Below are positions 9,029 through 19,400 of a stretch of DNA of 64,000 bases, one piece after another; position 1 is the stretch's first letter; the number at the start of each line of letters is the position of its first letter. Below the pieces are notes generated by a model that made no database searches, was not told the origin of the DNA, and saw only the letters and a program-made list of their open reading frames with translations. The translations under genes and the position numbers were made by a program. The DNA is from Oscillospiraceae bacterium (GTDB lineage Bacteria > Bacillota > Clostridia > Oscillospirales > Acutalibacteraceae): contig SVPZ01000001.1 in assembly GCA_015065605.1 (NCBI GenBank), positions 14,132 through 78,131 on the forward strand, written 5' to 3'.

Positions 9029-10873
9029 ATGGACGAGAAAAAACTTGAAGAACTGTTCTTGCGCGCTCAAAAACCGGGAAGATATTGCGGTGGCGAACAG
9101 GGAAGTATAATTAAAGATAAAAATAAGGTGGACGTAAGATTTGCCTTTTGTTTTCCTGATACGTATGAAGTCGGAATGTCGCATCTTGGTATGAAAATAC
9201 TCTATTCCTGCTTTAACGAAAGGGAAGATATATGGTGCGAAAGGGTTTTTGCACCTTGGATTGATTTTATGGAGGTTATGAAGGAGAATAACCTTCCTCT
9301 TTTTGCCCTTGAAAGCCGTGACCCGCTTAAAGAATTTGATTTTATCGGTTTTACTCTTCAGTATGAAATGAGTTACACTAACGTACTTAATATGCTGAGT
9401 TTATCCGATATTCCTCTTAGAAGCAAGGACAGACGTGAACTGAAAAATATCGTTGTCGGCGGCGGTCCTTGCGTTTGTAATGCCGAGCCTATTGCAGACT
9501 TCTTTGATATATTCTTCTTAGGTGAAGGCGAAGAGGTTGATTTAGAGGTTATTGACCTTTATAAAGAGTGTAAGAAAAACGGTGACAGCAAAGAGGAATT
9601 TCTAAAAAAAGCCGCTCTTATTGAGGGTGTTTACGTTCCTTCGTTATATGAGATTACCTATAATGAAGATGGAACGGTATTCAAAATCACTCCGAAAGAA
9701 ACTGCTCCTAAAACGGTTAAAAAGCGTATTATTACCGATTTGGACAAGGCTTATTATCCAAAAGAGTTTGTTACCCCTTATATCGAAATAGTTCACGACA
9801 GAGCAGTTCAGGAAATATATAGAGGTTGCATAAGAGGATGCCGTTTCTGTCAGGCGGGATTTTTATATAGACCTGTCAGAGAAAAATCACCCGAAGTTAT
9901 AAATTCTCAGGCAAGAGATTTGTGCAGGTCAACCGGTTATGATGAAATTTCGCTTTCTTCACTTTCTACCAGTGATTATACCCGTCTTGAAGAATTGCTT
10001 ACCAATATGCTGGATTGGACCGATAAAGATAACGTAAGCCTTTCTTTACCGTCGCTCAGAATTGATAATTTTTCTCCCGAACTTCTTGCAAAAATTAATC
10101 ATATAAGAAAAAGCGGTCTTACCTTTGCTCCCGAAGCAGGCACACAGCGACTCAGAGACGTTATAAATAAAAATATAACAGAAAAAGAAATTCTTGATAC
10201 CTGCCGTATTGCTTTTGAGGGCGGTCACACCTCTGTTAAGCTTTACTTTATGCTAGGTCTTCCTACCGAAACCGACGAAGATTTAAAGGGAATTGCGGAT
10301 CTGGCTCAAAAAATAGTAGATATTTATTATTCTTTACCAAACAGACCGAAGGGAAGAAGTGTTGACGTTGGTGTAAGCGTATCTACATTTGTGCCGAAGC
10401 CCTTTACCCCCTTCCAATTTGAGCCTCAGATAACAAGGGACGAAATAATAAGACGTCAGAATTATCTCAGAAGTCAGATTACCACAAAGAAAATTTCTCT
10501 TTCGTGGCACGACTACGCAACAAGCTTTCTTGAAGGCGTATTTGCAAGAGGTGACAGAAGACTTTCAGAAGTTATCGAAACCGCCTTTAAAGACGGATGC
10601 GTGTTTGATAGCTGGACCGAATGTTTTAGTCTTGATAAGTGGCTTAACGCTTTTGAAAAATGCGGTATTGACCCCGAGTTCTACAGCTCACGTCAACGTT
10701 CGTTTGATGAAGTATTGCCTTGGGAACATCTTGACTATGCCGTAAGTAAGGATTTCTTTATTAAACAGGATAAATTGGCGCATGAAGAAAAAACTACGCC
10801 GAATTGCCGTATTTCCTGTGCCGCTTGCGGTGCAAATTGCTATGGGGAGGGTGTATGCTTTGAAAAACGTTAG
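9029..10873 (+). CDS. radical SAM protein (B12-binding-like N-terminal domain; TIGR03960-like)
   Basis: 614 aa with the CxxxCxxC cluster motif CIRGCRFCQAG. Its length and its pairing with a DUF2344 gene are typical of this conserved family of unknown function. Confidence 0.8.
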   Translation: MDEKKLEELFLRAQKPGRYCGGEQGSIIKDKNKVDVRFAFCFPDTYEVGMSHLGMKILYSCFNEREDIWCERVFAPWIDFMEVMKENNLPLFALESRDPLKEFDFIGFTLQYEMSYTNVLNMLSLSDIPLRSKDRRELKNIVVGGGPCVCNAEPIADFFDIFFLGEGEEVDLEVIDLYKECKKNGDSKEEFLKKAALIEGVYVPSLYEITYNEDGTVFKITPKETAPKTVKKRIITDLDKAYYPKEFVTPYIEIVHDRAVQEIYRGCIRGCRFCQAGFLYRPVREKSPEVINSQARDLCRSTGYDEISLSSLSTSDYTRLEELLTNMLDWTDKDNVSLSLPSLRIDNFSPELLAKINHIRKSGLTFAPEAGTQRLRDVINKNITEKEILDTCRIAFEGGHTSVKLYFMLGLPTETDEDLKGIADLAQKIVDIYYSLPNRPKGRSVDVGVSVSTFVPKPFTPFQFEPQITRDEIIRRQNYLRSQITTKKISLSWHDYATSFLEGVFARGDRRLSEVIETAFKDGCVFDSWTECFSLDKWLNAFEKCGIDPEFYSSRQRSFDEVLPWEHLDYAVSKDFFIKQDKLAHEEKTTPNCRISCAACGANCYGEGVCFEKR

Positions 10874-11492
10874 ACTTTTTTATAAGAAAAGAGGAAGAAT
10901 GAAGTTTATATCTCACCTTGATATGAATAGATTTTTTACAAGAATTCTAAGAAAAAGCAATCTTCCGATATGGTATACCGAAGGTTTTAATCCTCATCCT
11001 TATATCACCTTTGCCGCACCTCTTTCTTTGGGCTTTGAAAGCGAGTACGAAATAATGGATTTCCGTCTGACTGATGATGGTTTTTCTCTCGAAAAGGCTG
11101 CGGAAATATTAAAAACAGTTGTGCCGGAATATATAGAGATTATAAGTTTAAAAGAACCTGTTATGAAGGCAGGGAAAATAGGCTTTGCGGGATACGAATT
11201 GACCTTTGAAAATAAAGAGACGGCTGAAAAGTTTTATGATTTTATTTCTTCTGATTCGGTAATCGTCAGCAAAAAAACAAAAAAAGGTGACGTTAAGGTT
11301 ATCGACGTAGCGGATAAAATACAAGATGCAATAAAAAACGGTGAAAAGATATCCCTTGTGTTGCCCTCGGGTAACGAAAATATAAATCCTTCGGTTATAG
11401 TGTCGGCCTTTAATGAAAAAGAGGGGAAGGACTATTACGTTTCATATTTAAGAACAGCCCTTTATAATGAACAAAAAAGTTTGTTTTCATAG
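10842..11492 (+). CDS. radical-SAM-associated DUF2344 (TIGR03936-like) protein
   Basis: VRLFYKKRGRMKFISHLDMNRFFTRILRKSNLP matches the N-terminal signature of DUF2344. The start is ambiguous (ATG 10842, GTG 10851 or ATG 10899). The track start at 10782 overlaps the upstream gene too far. Confidence 0.7.
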   Translation: MGRVYALKNVRLFYKKRGRMKFISHLDMNRFFTRILRKSNLPIWYTEGFNPHPYITFAAPLSLGFESEYEIMDFRLTDDGFSLEKAAEILKTVVPEYIEIISLKEPVMKAGKIGFAGYELTFENKETAEKFYDFISSDSVIVSKKTKKGDVKVIDVADKIQDAIKNGEKISLVLPSGNENINPSVIVSAFNEKEGKDYYVSYLRTALYNEQKSLFS

Positions 11493-11631
11493 ACAATTTT
11501 TGTATATATACAAATAACAGCAATTTTCGTCTATAAATTTTGCTTATTTGTCCTAACTTGATGCAAATTTTTTGGTATTATGTACGCAGAGTGATTAAGT
11601 TCACCAAATTAATTTAACGGGGGAAATTTAA

Positions 11632-12453
11632 ATGAGTAAATTACCTGTAGGCATTCAGCTTTATTCCGTTAGAGATTATATGGAAAAAGATTTTGCCGGA
11701 ACATTAAAAGAACTTAAAAAAATGGGTTATGATGCAGTAGAATTTGCAGGTCTTTTCGACTACAGCGCAAAAGAGGTTAAGGCTATGTGCGAAGAAGCCG
11801 GTCTTATTCCTATTTCTGCTCACGTTGGATTGGGCGTTATTATGCCTAACGTAGAAAATGTTATCGGTGATTATGCTGAAATCGGCTGTAAATACGTTGC
11901 TATTCCTTGGGCATCGGCAGATACTGATCTTCCCGGTTCTACCGGATATGATAAGTTTTTAAAGAACATAAAAACAGTTGCTGATGAGTGTGCTAAACAC
12001 GGTATGAAACTTCTTTATCATAACCACGACTTTGAATTTGCTAAGATTGACGGTAAAAATAAACTTGATATTTTATACGCAGATACTACTCCCGACGTAC
12101 TTCAGACTCAGGTAGATACATGTTGGGCAAAGGTTGGCGGTGAGGACCCTGCCGGATACGTTCTTAAATACGCAGGAAGAGCTCCTCTCGTTCATATTAA
12201 AGACTTCGTAGGCGGCAAGAGTGCTAATATGTATGAACTTATCGACGGCGGTCAGGTTAAGGCTGACGAAAACATCGTTCCTTTCGAACTCCGTCCGGTA
12301 GGTTACGGTATTCAGGACGTGCTCTCTATTTTCAAGGCTGCTGAAAAAGCAGGTGCTGAAATGGTTATTGTTGAACAGGACCGTCCTGCGCTTAACAGAG
12401 ATTCTCTTGAATGTGCTAAACTCAGTATTGAGTACATCAAGAATATATATTAA
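11632..12453 (+). CDS. sugar phosphate isomerase/epimerase (TIM barrel) family protein
   Basis: 273 aa with family blocks (ISAH, LLYHNHDFEF, DTCW, VHIKD, VEQD) and a good RBS. Confidence 0.7.
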   Translation: MSKLPVGIQLYSVRDYMEKDFAGTLKELKKMGYDAVEFAGLFDYSAKEVKAMCEEAGLIPISAHVGLGVIMPNVENVIGDYAEIGCKYVAIPWASADTDLPGSTGYDKFLKNIKTVADECAKHGMKLLYHNHDFEFAKIDGKNKLDILYADTTPDVLQTQVDTCWAKVGGEDPAGYVLKYAGRAPLVHIKDFVGGKSANMYELIDGGQVKADENIVPFELRPVGYGIQDVLSIFKAAEKAGAEMVIVEQDRPALNRDSLECAKLSIEYIKNIY

Positions 12454-12473
12454 TTTAAGAGGAGTGTTTAATT

Positions 12474-13646
12474 ATGGCAGACAATATTTTAGACAGATTT
12501 GCAGATACCTGCACCGAAGAAAGAACTGTTGATGCAAGCCGCAAGGTAAAGGTTGGTATTATTGGTACAGGTTGGATTGCGGAAGCTCACGTTAGAGAAT
12601 ATCTTGCAATGGAAGACGTTGAAATTGTGGCTCTTGCAGACCTTGTTCCCGGTAAAGCTGAGGCTTTTGCTAAAAAATTCGGCGTTCAGGGTGCTAAATA
12701 CTACCCTTCTCATAAGGAACTTATTGATGCAGGTGAGGTTGAAGCAGTTTCTATTTGCACCTATAACTGCCAGCATGCTGAACCTACCATTTACGCTCTT
12801 AATCACGGTGTAAACGTAATGCTTGAAAAACCCTTCACCGTAACTCTTGACGAGGCTGTTGAGGTTATGAAGGCAGAAAAAGCCAGCGGTAAGCTTCTTA
12901 CTATCGGCTTCCAGCCCAGAATGAGCGAAAATATGAAGATGATCAAGAAGATCGTTGATTCAGGCGAACTCGGTGATATCTATTATATCAAAGCAGGTGG
13001 CGGACGTCGTCACGGTATTCCTACTCCGTACGGCACTACCTTTATCGAAAAGGAAACCGGCGGTATCGGTGCTATGGGTGATATAGGTTGTTATTCTCTT
13101 GATATGCTTCTTAATGCCGTAGGCTATCCCAAGCCCTTGACCGTAACAGGTTATACTTCCGATTTCTTCGGTAAGAATCCTGAATACTACACCTACGACG
13201 GTAAGCCTGCAGATTACGCTGATAAATTCGGTGTTGATGATTTTGCAGCAGGTTTTGTTCGTCTTGAAGGCGGTATTGTTCTTGACTTTATGATTTCTTG
13301 GGCAATGCATATGGATACTATCGGCGATGCTATCATTCTTGGTACTAAGGGCGGTCTTCGTATTCCTTCTACAGAATGTTGGAACGGCGAATTTGATAAG
13401 CCTCTTACCATTTATAAGGACGTAGCAGGCAAGCGCGTTCAGTATCAGATTCCTCACAGTGCTCCTACCCTTAACGGTAAAGGACTTTTCTACAATAAGA
13501 TTCGTTCCTTCCTCGATGCTGTTAAGTACGGCGGTGAGCCTACCGTTCCTTCCAGCCAGATTCTTTATAATCAGGCTATTATTGACGGTATCATTAAATC
13601 TAATGCTCTTGGCAAGGAAATTGAAATCGAAATTCCCGAAATCTGA
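12474..13646 (+). CDS. Gfo/Idh/MocA family NAD(P)-dependent oxidoreductase
   Basis: Rossmann block KVGIIGTGWIAEAH and the EKP motif (MLEKPF). 390 aa, in an operon with the preceding TIM-barrel gene. Confidence 0.8.
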   Translation: MADNILDRFADTCTEERTVDASRKVKVGIIGTGWIAEAHVREYLAMEDVEIVALADLVPGKAEAFAKKFGVQGAKYYPSHKELIDAGEVEAVSICTYNCQHAEPTIYALNHGVNVMLEKPFTVTLDEAVEVMKAEKASGKLLTIGFQPRMSENMKMIKKIVDSGELGDIYYIKAGGGRRHGIPTPYGTTFIEKETGGIGAMGDIGCYSLDMLLNAVGYPKPLTVTGYTSDFFGKNPEYYTYDGKPADYADKFGVDDFAAGFVRLEGGIVLDFMISWAMHMDTIGDAIILGTKGGLRIPSTECWNGEFDKPLTIYKDVAGKRVQYQIPHSAPTLNGKGLFYNKIRSFLDAVKYGGEPTVPSSQILYNQAIIDGIIKSNALGKEIEIEIPEI

Positions 13647-13657
13647 TTTCGTATTTA

Positions 13658-13686
13658 AAGACGCTCTTCGGAGCGTCTTTTTTTGT
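13658..13686 (+). terminator. intrinsic terminator
   Basis: Hairpin aaagacgctc-ttcg-gagcgtcttt followed by a T-run. Confidence 0.85.
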
Positions 13687-13706
13687 AAAAAAATGCGCGA
13701 TTCTTC

Positions 13707-13735
13707 TTGACTTTAAAGTACTAAAGTGTTATAAT
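13707..13735 (+). promoter_or_regulatory. sigma-A type promoter of the aromatic amino-acid operon
   Basis: TTGACT (13707-12), a 17-nt spacer, then TATAAT (13730-35), about 40 nt upstream of the first start codon. Confidence 0.6.
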
Positions 13736-13776
13736 CTAAAAATAAAATTATAAACGGTGAAATTGAGGGCTATTTT

Positions 13777-14961
13777 ATGTTAAATGAAAAAATGTTAGGA
13801 CTTGGAACTGCAAGTTCCGCTATACGACAGCTTTTTGAATACGGAAAGGCAAGAAAGGCAGAAATAGGTGACGATAAGGTATATGATTTCAGTATTGGTA
13901 ATCCAAGCGTGCCTGCGCCTAAAAGCGTTGACGATACCATTAAAAATCTTATTGAAAATGAAGACAGCGTACTTCTTCACGGTTATACGTCCGCACCGGG
14001 TGATTTAAACGTCAGAAGTAAAATCGCTGCTTACATACAGGAGAAATCGGGTGTAGAGGCAACCGCCGCCAATATATATATGACCTGCGGAGCTGCTGCT
14101 TCTCTTACTATTACTCTGAACGCTCTTGCAAATGAAGGTGATGAGGTTATACTTCTTGCACCTTTTTTTCCCGAATATAGAGTATTTGCCGAAAAAGCAG
14201 GCTTTAAGTGTGTGGTTGTAAACTGTCGCGAACCTGATTTTCAAATTGATATAAATGCTTTGAGTTCTGCAATAAATAAGAATACAAAAGCCGTTATAAT
14301 TAATTCTCCAAACAACCCTACGGGTGTTGTTTTCAGTGAAGAAACGGTTATTTCTCTTGCAAAACTTCTTGAAGAAAAGCAGAAAGAATTTTCAAAAGAA
14401 ATTTTCCTTATTTCCGACGAACCTTATAGAGAACTTGTGTACGGTAACGTAACCGTTCCTTATCCTCAGAAATACTATAATAATACTATCGTTTGTTATT
14501 CCTTCAGTAAATCTCTTTCGCTTCCGGGTGAGAGAATAGGCTATATTTACGTTTCTCCGAAATGCAAGGATGCAGGTCTTGTTTTTGCCGCTGTTTGCGG
14601 TGCAGGTCGTGCTCTCGGTTTCGTTTGCGCACCCTCTATGCTTCAGCGCGTAGTTGCCGAAAATCTCGGAAATACTGCGGACGTCAGCATTTATAACAAA
14701 AACAGAGAAATTCTTTATAATGCATTAAGCGAATATGGATATACGGCAGTAAAGCCTGACGGCGCGTTCTATCTTTTTGTTAAATCTCCCGAAAAAGATG
14801 CCGCCGCATTTGCTGAAAAAGCTAAAAAATACGAACTTTTGCTCGTTCCAAGCGACTCGTTCGGTATGGGCGGATACGTAAGAATTTCTTACTGTGTTTC
14901 TACCAGTCAAATTGAAAATTCCTTGCCTTCCTTCAAGGCTTTGATTGAGGAGTATAAATAA
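13777..14961 (+). CDS. class I/II PLP-dependent aminotransferase (aspartate/aromatic type)
   Basis: 394 aa with the SFSKSLSLPGERIGY lysine block and INSPNNPTG. It is the first gene of the aro/phe operon. Confidence 0.85.
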   Translation: MLNEKMLGLGTASSAIRQLFEYGKARKAEIGDDKVYDFSIGNPSVPAPKSVDDTIKNLIENEDSVLLHGYTSAPGDLNVRSKIAAYIQEKSGVEATAANIYMTCGAAASLTITLNALANEGDEVILLAPFFPEYRVFAEKAGFKCVVVNCREPDFQIDINALSSAINKNTKAVIINSPNNPTGVVFSEETVISLAKLLEEKQKEFSKEIFLISDEPYRELVYGNVTVPYPQKYYNNTIVCYSFSKSLSLPGERIGYIYVSPKCKDAGLVFAAVCGAGRALGFVCAPSMLQRVVAENLGNTADVSIYNKNREILYNALSEYGYTAVKPDGAFYLFVKSPEKDAAAFAEKAKKYELLLVPSDSFGMGGYVRISYCVSTSQIENSLPSFKALIEEYK

Positions 14962-16049
14962 TGGATGAACTTAAAAATGCCAGAGAAAGTATCAATAAAA
15001 TTGATAAAGAAATGGCAGAACTTTTTTGTCAGCGAATGAACGCTGTCGAAAAAATAGCTCAATATAAAAAAGAACGCGGTTTACCTATTCTTGACAGCGC
15101 AAGGGAAGAAGAGGTAATTATAAAAAATTCCGCTTACGTTGAGGACGAAACGTTGCGTTCTTATTATGTGAATTTTTTGAGAAATAATATGGAAATTTCT
15201 CGAAATTATCAGAATATGCTGAACAGTGGACTAAGAGTTGCGTTTTCGGGAGTAGAGGGCGCGTTTGCTCAGGTTGCCGCAGAAAAAATATTTGAAAATT
15301 GCAATTCGGTACCATACGACAGTTTTAAATCTGCATACGAAGCGGTTTTAAAGGGTGAATGTGACTGTGTTTTACTTCCCCTTGAAAACAGTTATAACGG
15401 CGACGTAGGTCAGGTAATGGATATTGCTTTTTTTGGTTCGTTATACATAAACGGTGTTTACGACATTGCGGTAACGCAGAATCTTCTCACTAAAAAAGGC
15501 GTTAGCGTGGATGACGTTAAAGAGGTTATAAGTCATCCTCAAGCGTTGGGTCAGTGCGCAGGTTTTATAAAGCGTATGGGCTATAGCATAAGCGAGAGTT
15601 CAAATACGGCTGTTGCTGCTAAATTTGTTGCAGAGAGCGACAGAAACGATATTGCGGCGATAGGTAGCGAAAAAGCTGCTGAAATATACGGTCTTGAGAT
15701 AGCCGAAAGGGCTATTAACGACAGCAACAGCAATACAACGCGTTTTGCCGTATTTTCCAGAGTGGCAAAAAACAGTAACGAAAAAGATAAACAGTTTATA
15801 ATGATGTTTACCGTAAAAAATGAAAGCGGTTGTCTGGGCTCTGCTCTTTCGGTTATCGGTGAAAACGGATTTAACTTAAGAGCGCTTAAGAGTCGCCCCA
15901 CCAAAGAACTTATATGGGATTATTATTTTTATGCCGAGGGTGAGGGCAACATAAATACTCCAAAGGGAGAAAAAATGATTAAAGATTTACTTAAAGTGTG
16001 CAGTCACGTTAAAGTGGTTGGAAGCTATGAAAAAGAAATTTCGTTATGA
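14961..16049 (+). CDS. pheA: bifunctional chorismate mutase / prephenate dehydratase (P-protein)
   Basis: An N-terminal AroQ-type chorismate mutase helix (INKIDKEMAELFCQRMN) is followed by the prephenate dehydratase domain (VAFSGVEGAFAQ, LPLENSYNG, NTTRF) and an ACT domain. The start overlaps the upstream stop (taATG). Confidence 0.9.
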   Translation: MDELKNARESINKIDKEMAELFCQRMNAVEKIAQYKKERGLPILDSAREEEVIIKNSAYVEDETLRSYYVNFLRNNMEISRNYQNMLNSGLRVAFSGVEGAFAQVAAEKIFENCNSVPYDSFKSAYEAVLKGECDCVLLPLENSYNGDVGQVMDIAFFGSLYINGVYDIAVTQNLLTKKGVSVDDVKEVISHPQALGQCAGFIKRMGYSISESSNTAVAAKFVAESDRNDIAAIGSEKAAEIYGLEIAERAINDSNSNTTRFAVFSRVAKNSNEKDKQFIMMFTVKNESGCLGSALSVIGENGFNLRALKSRPTKELIWDYYFYAEGEGNINTPKGEKMIKDLLKVCSHVKVVGSYEKEISL

Positions 16050-16058
16050 GGTGAAAGT

Positions 16059-17066
16059 ATGATAATTCCCGTGAATACGTCAAACGAAAGTTATGATATA
16101 GTTCTCGAAAGAGGAGCGCTTTTTAAAGCGGGAGAATATCTTAATCTTAATAGAAAAGCACTTATCGTTACCGATGACGGTGTCCCTTCTGTTTATGCAG
16201 AAACGATATCAAATCAGTGTAAAGATGCTATAGTAGTTACTTTGCCTCAGGGCGAAAAAACAAAAAGTTTTGATTCTTTTAAATTTTTGCTTTCAAAAAT
16301 GGTTGAAAATAACTTTACAAGAAGCGACTGCGTTATTGCCGTTGGCGGCGGTGTTATTGGCGATTTAAGCGGATTTGTTGCTTCTAGTTATATGCGCGGA
16401 GTGGATTTTTACAACATTCCTACAACCTTACTTTCGCAGGTGGATTCTTCTATCGGCGGAAAGGTTGCAATTAATTTTGATGGATATAAAAACATAATCG
16501 GCGCTTTTTATCAACCTAAAAAAGTAATAATTGATTTTGACGTATTATCCACACTTCCTAAAAGACAAATTTCTAACGGTCTTGCAGAGTCTCTTAAAAT
16601 GTCACTTACAAGCGATGCAAAACTATTCGAACTTATAGAAACAAAGGACGTTAAGGAAAATATAGAAAAGATAATCGAGGCTTCTCTGCTTATTAAAAAA
16701 AGCGTTGTAGAACAGGACGAAAAGGAAACAGGACTGCGCAAGATTCTTAATTTTGGTCATACCGTAGCACACGGAATTGAAAGCGACTCAAATTTAAGTC
16801 AGTGGTTCCACGGAGAATGCGTTGCAGTGGGAATGCTTCCAATGTGCAGCAGGGAAGTAAGAAACAGAGTAATTCCTGTTTTAGAAAAACTAAATCTTCC
16901 CACTAAAATCCCTTTTGATACACAAAACGTGATAAATGCTATGAGCCACGATAAAAAAATGTCGGGGGATAGCATTACCGTTGTTACCGTTGAAAAAATC
17001 GGTCAATGTAAAATGGAAAATATTCCTTTTGAAAAACTATCTCTTAAAATGAAAGAAGTTTTATAA
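16059..17066 (+). CDS. aroB: 3-dehydroquinate synthase
   Basis: The VGGGVIGDLSGFVASSYMRG, GGKVAIN and FGHTVAHGIE blocks are present. Confidence 0.9.
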   Translation: MIIPVNTSNESYDIVLERGALFKAGEYLNLNRKALIVTDDGVPSVYAETISNQCKDAIVVTLPQGEKTKSFDSFKFLLSKMVENNFTRSDCVIAVGGGVIGDLSGFVASSYMRGVDFYNIPTTLLSQVDSSIGGKVAINFDGYKNIIGAFYQPKKVIIDFDVLSTLPKRQISNGLAESLKMSLTSDAKLFELIETKDVKENIEKIIEASLLIKKSVVEQDEKETGLRKILNFGHTVAHGIESDSNLSQWFHGECVAVGMLPMCSREVRNRVIPVLEKLNLPTKIPFDTQNVINAMSHDKKMSGDSITVVTVEKIGQCKMENIPFEKLSLKMKEVL

Positions 17067-18158
17067 ATGAAAAACGTTTACGGTCACAATTTAACAGTAA
17101 CTCTTTTCGGAGAAAGTCACGGTCAGGCAATAGGCGCCGTTATAGACGGAATTGCTTCGGGAATTAAGGTTGATGAAGATTTTATTAAAAGTCAGCTTTC
17201 ATTAAGACGTCCTTCCGGCAGTATTTCAACCGCCAGAAGTGAAGAGGATAATTTTAAAATTTTAAGCGGTGTTTTCGGTGGAGTTACAACGGGTACTCCT
17301 ATTTGTATAGTTATTGAAAATCAGAATACAGTTTCTAAGGATTATTCGGATATTGAAGGAAAAGCCAGACCTTCTCACGCTGATTTTGCCGCTTTTATGA
17401 AATATGGCGGTTATGAAGACTATAGGGGCGGCGGACATTTCAGCGGAAGAATTACTGCCGCTATAGTTGCGGCAGGTGCAATTATAATAAGCGCTCTTAA
17501 AGCTAAAGGCGTATTAATAGGAACACATATTAAAGAGTGCGCAGGCATAGCCGATAAAAATTTCGATAATATAACCGATGATATAGAACTTTTAAATACT
17601 AAAGAATTTGCCGTTTTAAGTGATGAAAAAGGCGAAAAAATGAAGGAAAATATATTGAAAGCGAAAGAGGAAGGCGACAGCGTAGGGGGTATTCTTGAAA
17701 CAATGGTTATCGGTATGCCTGCGGGTGTAGGTGAACCTTGGTTTCAAACGATAGAGGGTATGCTTTCTTTGGGCCTTTTCAGTATTCCTGCCGTTAAAGG
17801 CGTTGAGTTTGGTATGGGATTTGCTTTTGCCGATATGAAAGGCAGCGAGGCAAACGATTGTTTTAATTCAGAAAACGGAGAAATAAAAACTCTTACTAAT
17901 AATAACGGCGGTATTAACGGCGGTATAACCAACGGTATGCCGATTAACTTCAGTACGGTAATTAAACCAACTCCCTCAATTGCTAAGCCTCAGCAAACCG
18001 TGGATTTTAAAAATAATGAAAACGTTACTCTTTCTATTAAAGGCAGACACGACCCATGTATCGTTCACAGAGCAAGGGTGGTTGTTGACAGTATGACCGC
18101 TTTAACGCTTGCCGATTTCCTTGTCGGAAGATACGGTACTGATTGGCTCAGAGGTTAG
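17067..18158 (+). CDS. aroC: chorismate synthase
   Basis: The FGESHG, RPSHAD, GGGHFSGR and KGRHDPC motifs are present. Confidence 0.95.
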   Translation: MKNVYGHNLTVTLFGESHGQAIGAVIDGIASGIKVDEDFIKSQLSLRRPSGSISTARSEEDNFKILSGVFGGVTTGTPICIVIENQNTVSKDYSDIEGKARPSHADFAAFMKYGGYEDYRGGGHFSGRITAAIVAAGAIIISALKAKGVLIGTHIKECAGIADKNFDNITDDIELLNTKEFAVLSDEKGEKMKENILKAKEEGDSVGGILETMVIGMPAGVGEPWFQTIEGMLSLGLFSIPAVKGVEFGMGFAFADMKGSEANDCFNSENGEIKTLTNNNGGINGGITNGMPINFSTVIKPTPSIAKPQQTVDFKNNENVTLSIKGRHDPCIVHRARVVVDSMTALTLADFLVGRYGTDWLRG

Positions 18159-18161
18159 AAT

Positions 18162-19400
18162 ATGGAATACGGATTAATTGCCGAAAAACTCTCTCACAGC
18201 TTTTCAAAAGAAATTCATAACAAATTAGCCGATTATATTTACGAACTCAAAGAACTCAAAAAAAAGGAACTTGAAGCTTTTATATTAAAAAAAGAATTTA
18301 AGGCTATAAACGTAACGATTCCTTATAAAGAAGCAGTTATGCCTTATCTCGACGAAATCGACGATAAAGCAAGGCTTATAGGTTCAGTAAATACTATTGT
18401 TAATAATAACGGAAAATTATACGGATATAATACCGATTTTTTCGGTATGAAACAATTGATTTTAAAAAACGGTATTTCCTTAAAGGATAAAAAGGTGCTT
18501 ATTTTAGGAAGCGGAGGCACAGCCAAAACTGCTTTTACCGTGTCAAAGCATTTGGGCGCTAATGAAATATATTTTGTTTCAAGAAGTAAGACGCATACTA
18601 CCGTCACCTATGATGAAGCATTAAAAGAACACACAGATGCTCACGTTATTATAAATACTACTCCCGTCGGTATGTTTCCGGATATTGATAAAACACCTAT
18701 TGATTTAAAACCTTTTAAAAATCTTTCTGCGGTTATAGACGTAATTTATAATCCTTTGAAAACACAGTTTTTACTTAATGCTGAAGAATTAGGTATAAAG
18801 GCTGTCGGCGGACTTTATATGCTTGTTAGTCAGGCAAAGATGGCGTGTGAATATTTTTTAAATAAAAATATTGATGATTCTATGATGGAAGCGGTATTTA
18901 AAGAAATACTTTCCTCAAAGCAAAACGTAGTCTTTGTCGGTATGCCGTCAAGCGGTAAATCTACCGTAGGTAAACTTGTTGCAGAAAAACTTTCCAGAAA
19001 GTTTTACGATACGGATTTATTGATTTTCGAAAAAACGGGAATGACCCCCGCCGAAATTATAAACGGTAGCGGAGAAAAGGAGTTTCGTTTGATTGAGAGT
19101 GAAGTAATCAGCGAAATTTCGAAACTTTCGGGTGTTGTAATAGCTACCGGCGGCGGTGCAATTTTAAATGACGAAAATATAAAAAATCTAAAGAAAAACG
19201 GTCTTATATGGTTTATAGACAGACCTGTAGAAAGTCTTGAAACAGGGCCGGATAGACCTCTTTCAAGCAATAAAAACCAACTTATTAAACGTTATAACGA
19301 ACGTTATCCTAAGTATAATGCTTGCGCTGATTTTGTTTTAAAGGATTTTGAAACTCCAACGTTGGCGGCAGAGCAAACAGTAAAGGACTTGTGTTTATGA
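18162..19400 (+). CDS. aroE-aroK: fused shikimate dehydrogenase / shikimate kinase
   Basis: The N-terminal ~250 aa look like AroE (NVTIPYK, NTDFFG, LGSGGTAKT). The C-terminal ~160 aa carry the shikimate-kinase P-loop GMPSSGKSTVGK and ATGGGA. Confidence 0.85.
   Translation: MEYGLIAEKLSHSFSKEIHNKLADYIYELKELKKKELEAFILKKEFKAINVTIPYKEAVMPYLDEIDDKARLIGSVNTIVNNNGKLYGYNTDFFGMKQLILKNGISLKDKKVLILGSGGTAKTAFTVSKHLGANEIYFVSRSKTHTTVTYDEALKEHTDAHVIINTTPVGMFPDIDKTPIDLKPFKNLSAVIDVIYNPLKTQFLLNAEELGIKAVGGLYMLVSQAKMACEYFLNKNIDDSMMEAVFKEILSSKQNVVFVGMPSSGKSTVGKLVAEKLSRKFYDTDLLIFEKTGMTPAEIINGSGEKEFRLIESEVISEISKLSGVVIATGGGAILNDENIKNLKKNGLIWFIDRPVESLETGPDRPLSSNKNQLIKRYNERYPKYNACADFVLKDFETPTLAAEQTVKDLCL

Noticed and set aside
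13647-13776. T-box or attenuator leader upstream of the aromatic amino-acid operon
   Set aside because: After the upstream terminator and the promoter only ~40 nt of leader remain. That is too short for a T-box, and there is no terminator/antiterminator pair.
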